Assembly (NCBI GenBank): GCA_963799845.1
Contig: CAWCYI010000003.1
Location: 1-64,000 of the forward strand
Length of the DNA: 64,000 nucleotides
From: an uncultured Nitrososphaerota archaeon
GTDB taxonomy: Archaea > Thermoproteota > Nitrososphaeria > Nitrososphaerales > CADDZS01
Reading direction: 5' to 3'
In this document: one piece after another, positions 62,362 to 64,000 of the stretch
Layout of the letters: each line of letters begins with the position of its first letter
How positions within the stretch are numbered: position 1 is the first letter of the stretch
Position numbers and translations under genes: made by a program
The notes under the pieces: model-generated
The model's database searches: none
Told to the model about the DNA's origin: nothing
The model's input: the letters and a program-made list of their open reading frames with translations, nothing else

Positions 62362-63511
62362 TTGAGTATTGGTAAAGTTTCGCGCCGTGACTGTTCCCGA
62401 GCCCGGGGTAATCGGTGTCAAAGATTACGAGCTTCCCTACTCAGATTGAGGGACACCGTTCTTAGAATAGAGATGACCGGAGTCTGCGTGCCGATCCCCA
62501 CATCATATTCGACAAGAAACCGCTCCCGTGGATCACCGAGAAGTTTTATCCGTTCATTCCTGGTCACGAATTCATTGCGAGTATCGAGGAGATGGGCAGG
62601 GTTTCCGAAGGTCGATCCTGACGGAGAACCCATCAAAGTAGGTGATTTGGTTGGAGTAAGCGTGGAGGACATGGACTCTTCTCCTTGCGGCAGATGCTAC
62701 AACTGCGCGACCGGGTTTCCAGTTTTATGTTCAAGCCGAATCCCCAGAAATTATCCAATTCTCGAAAAGGGATGGCAGAGAGGCTGGGCAGAGTTCAGAT
62801 ACACCCACGGAGTGGAGGCGGTCTATAAACTGCCCCAGAGTCTCTCGCTGGAGGCCGCAGTCCTCGTAGAGCCACTATCAATAGCGGTCAGCGCATTTCA
62901 ACGCGCAGCGATGGGCGCCTCGTGGTTATACCAAGGAATGGGACCTGGAAAAACCGTCGTGATTCAAGGTTCGGGGCCCATCGGAGTGCTGCTAACTGTA
63001 ATGGCAAAACTCTCGGGCGCGGGAAAAGTAATTGTCGTCGGAGCACCTGACCACAGACTATCGCTTTGCAGCCAATTCGCAGGCTGACGAGACAGTAAGC
63101 ATCGAGAAGGTGAGGTCTAACGAAATAATTTCCCGGGTCAAAGAATTGACGCCTCTGGGTATTGGTGCCGACGTCGTCTTTGAAGCAGCCGGAGTAAAGG
63201 GAGCATTCACTGAGGGTATCGGTATGATCAGGGACAAGGGGACATTTGTAGAATTGGGACATTTCACGGACAGAGGCCCTGAATCGATCAACCCGTTCCT
63301 ACTATGCTCTAAAAACATCAACCTGCTCGGAGTCTACGGCGGCATGCCGACTGATTTTCTTTTTGCGAAAAGAATTCTAGCCAGGTATCACGAAAAAATA
63401 CCCTTCGAGAAGATCGTCACGCACAAGTTTTCGCTGGATAAAACAGACGAAGCGTTGAATGCGATGCGGAACATGGACAGCATGAAGACGGTAATTATTC
63501 CGGCGGGCTGA
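62362..63511 (+). pseudogene. Zn-dependent alcohol dehydrogenase (frameshifted)
   Basis: PGHE, CGRCYNC...C, VEPLS, GSGPIG, DVVFEAAG. Confidence 0.82.
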
Positions 63512-63512
63512 A

Positions 63513-64000
63513 TCAGGTTGCCGTGTAGCCGCCGTCAATTGCAATTACCTGACCCGTGATGTAACTGGCTGCCTGCGACGCGAGGAAAACTACCACCCCC
63601 TTGTAATCGTCCTCATCGCCCATCCTTTTCATGGGATTTGAATCCCTGATCTTGTCTCCGAATTTCTGAACGAAGGCGCTCGTCATCTTGGACGGGAAGA
63701 AGCTCGGCGCGATCGCGTTCACGACAATGTTGTCTTTTGCAATCTTCACCGCGAGCTCCCTGTAAGAGAAATGATGCCACCCTTGCTGGCCGTGTAGCCA
63801 ACTGTGTTCACTAAATCCGGCGGAGCGACCGAGGCCCACTTATCGAAGACCAGTTGATGATTCGACCCCATCCGATGCGTTTCATTATCGGGACGACCGC
63901 CTGTGACACGAGAAAAGTTCCAGTGAGGTTTGTTTTGATTACCTGCTCCCACTTGTCAAACGGCATCTCCTCAAAGGGAGCCCCACGTTGACCCGCTGTT
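63513..64000 (-). CDS. Short-chain dehydrogenase/reductase (partial, frameshifted)
   Basis: YTASKGG, VNAIAPSFF, MKRMG, YITGQVIAIDGG. Confidence 0.85.

Noticed and set aside
1-64000. CRISPR array or cas genes
   Set aside because: No repeat-spacer periodicity seen; the 30-bp duplication has no spacer and the 21-bp array is too short and degenerate

Overview
Archaeal DNA, most consistent with a Nitrososphaerota (Thaumarchaeota) lineage. The basis is intron-containing tRNAs, thaumarchaeal-type integrases and small proteins; the taxonomy is inferred, not searched. The window has three tRNA genes: Lys-CTT with two introns, Ala-TGC and Leu-TAG. Each looks like an integration site: an integrase sits beside tRNA-Lys, a 5.3-kb att-bounded element with a 21-bp-period iteron-like array follows tRNA-Ala, and an ~11.3-kb att-bounded island carrying an XPB-Bax1-SWIM-BrxL-like module follows tRNA-Leu. 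The centre holds a tightly coupled 7-gene Rieske/cytochrome b operon with no c-type cytochrome, four copies of a His/Met 4-TM domain, and a His-to-Lys change at a heme ligand of cytochrome b. Further on are a molybdopterin-oxidoreductase/Rieske fusion, split LigD NHEJ genes, stress, metal and transport genes, several unannotated Zn-finger microproteins, and a heavily frameshifted qmoC-like/aprBA block. Many genes carry single-base frameshifts that may be read errors. No CRISPR array or rRNA was seen. All family calls come from motif recognition by eye.
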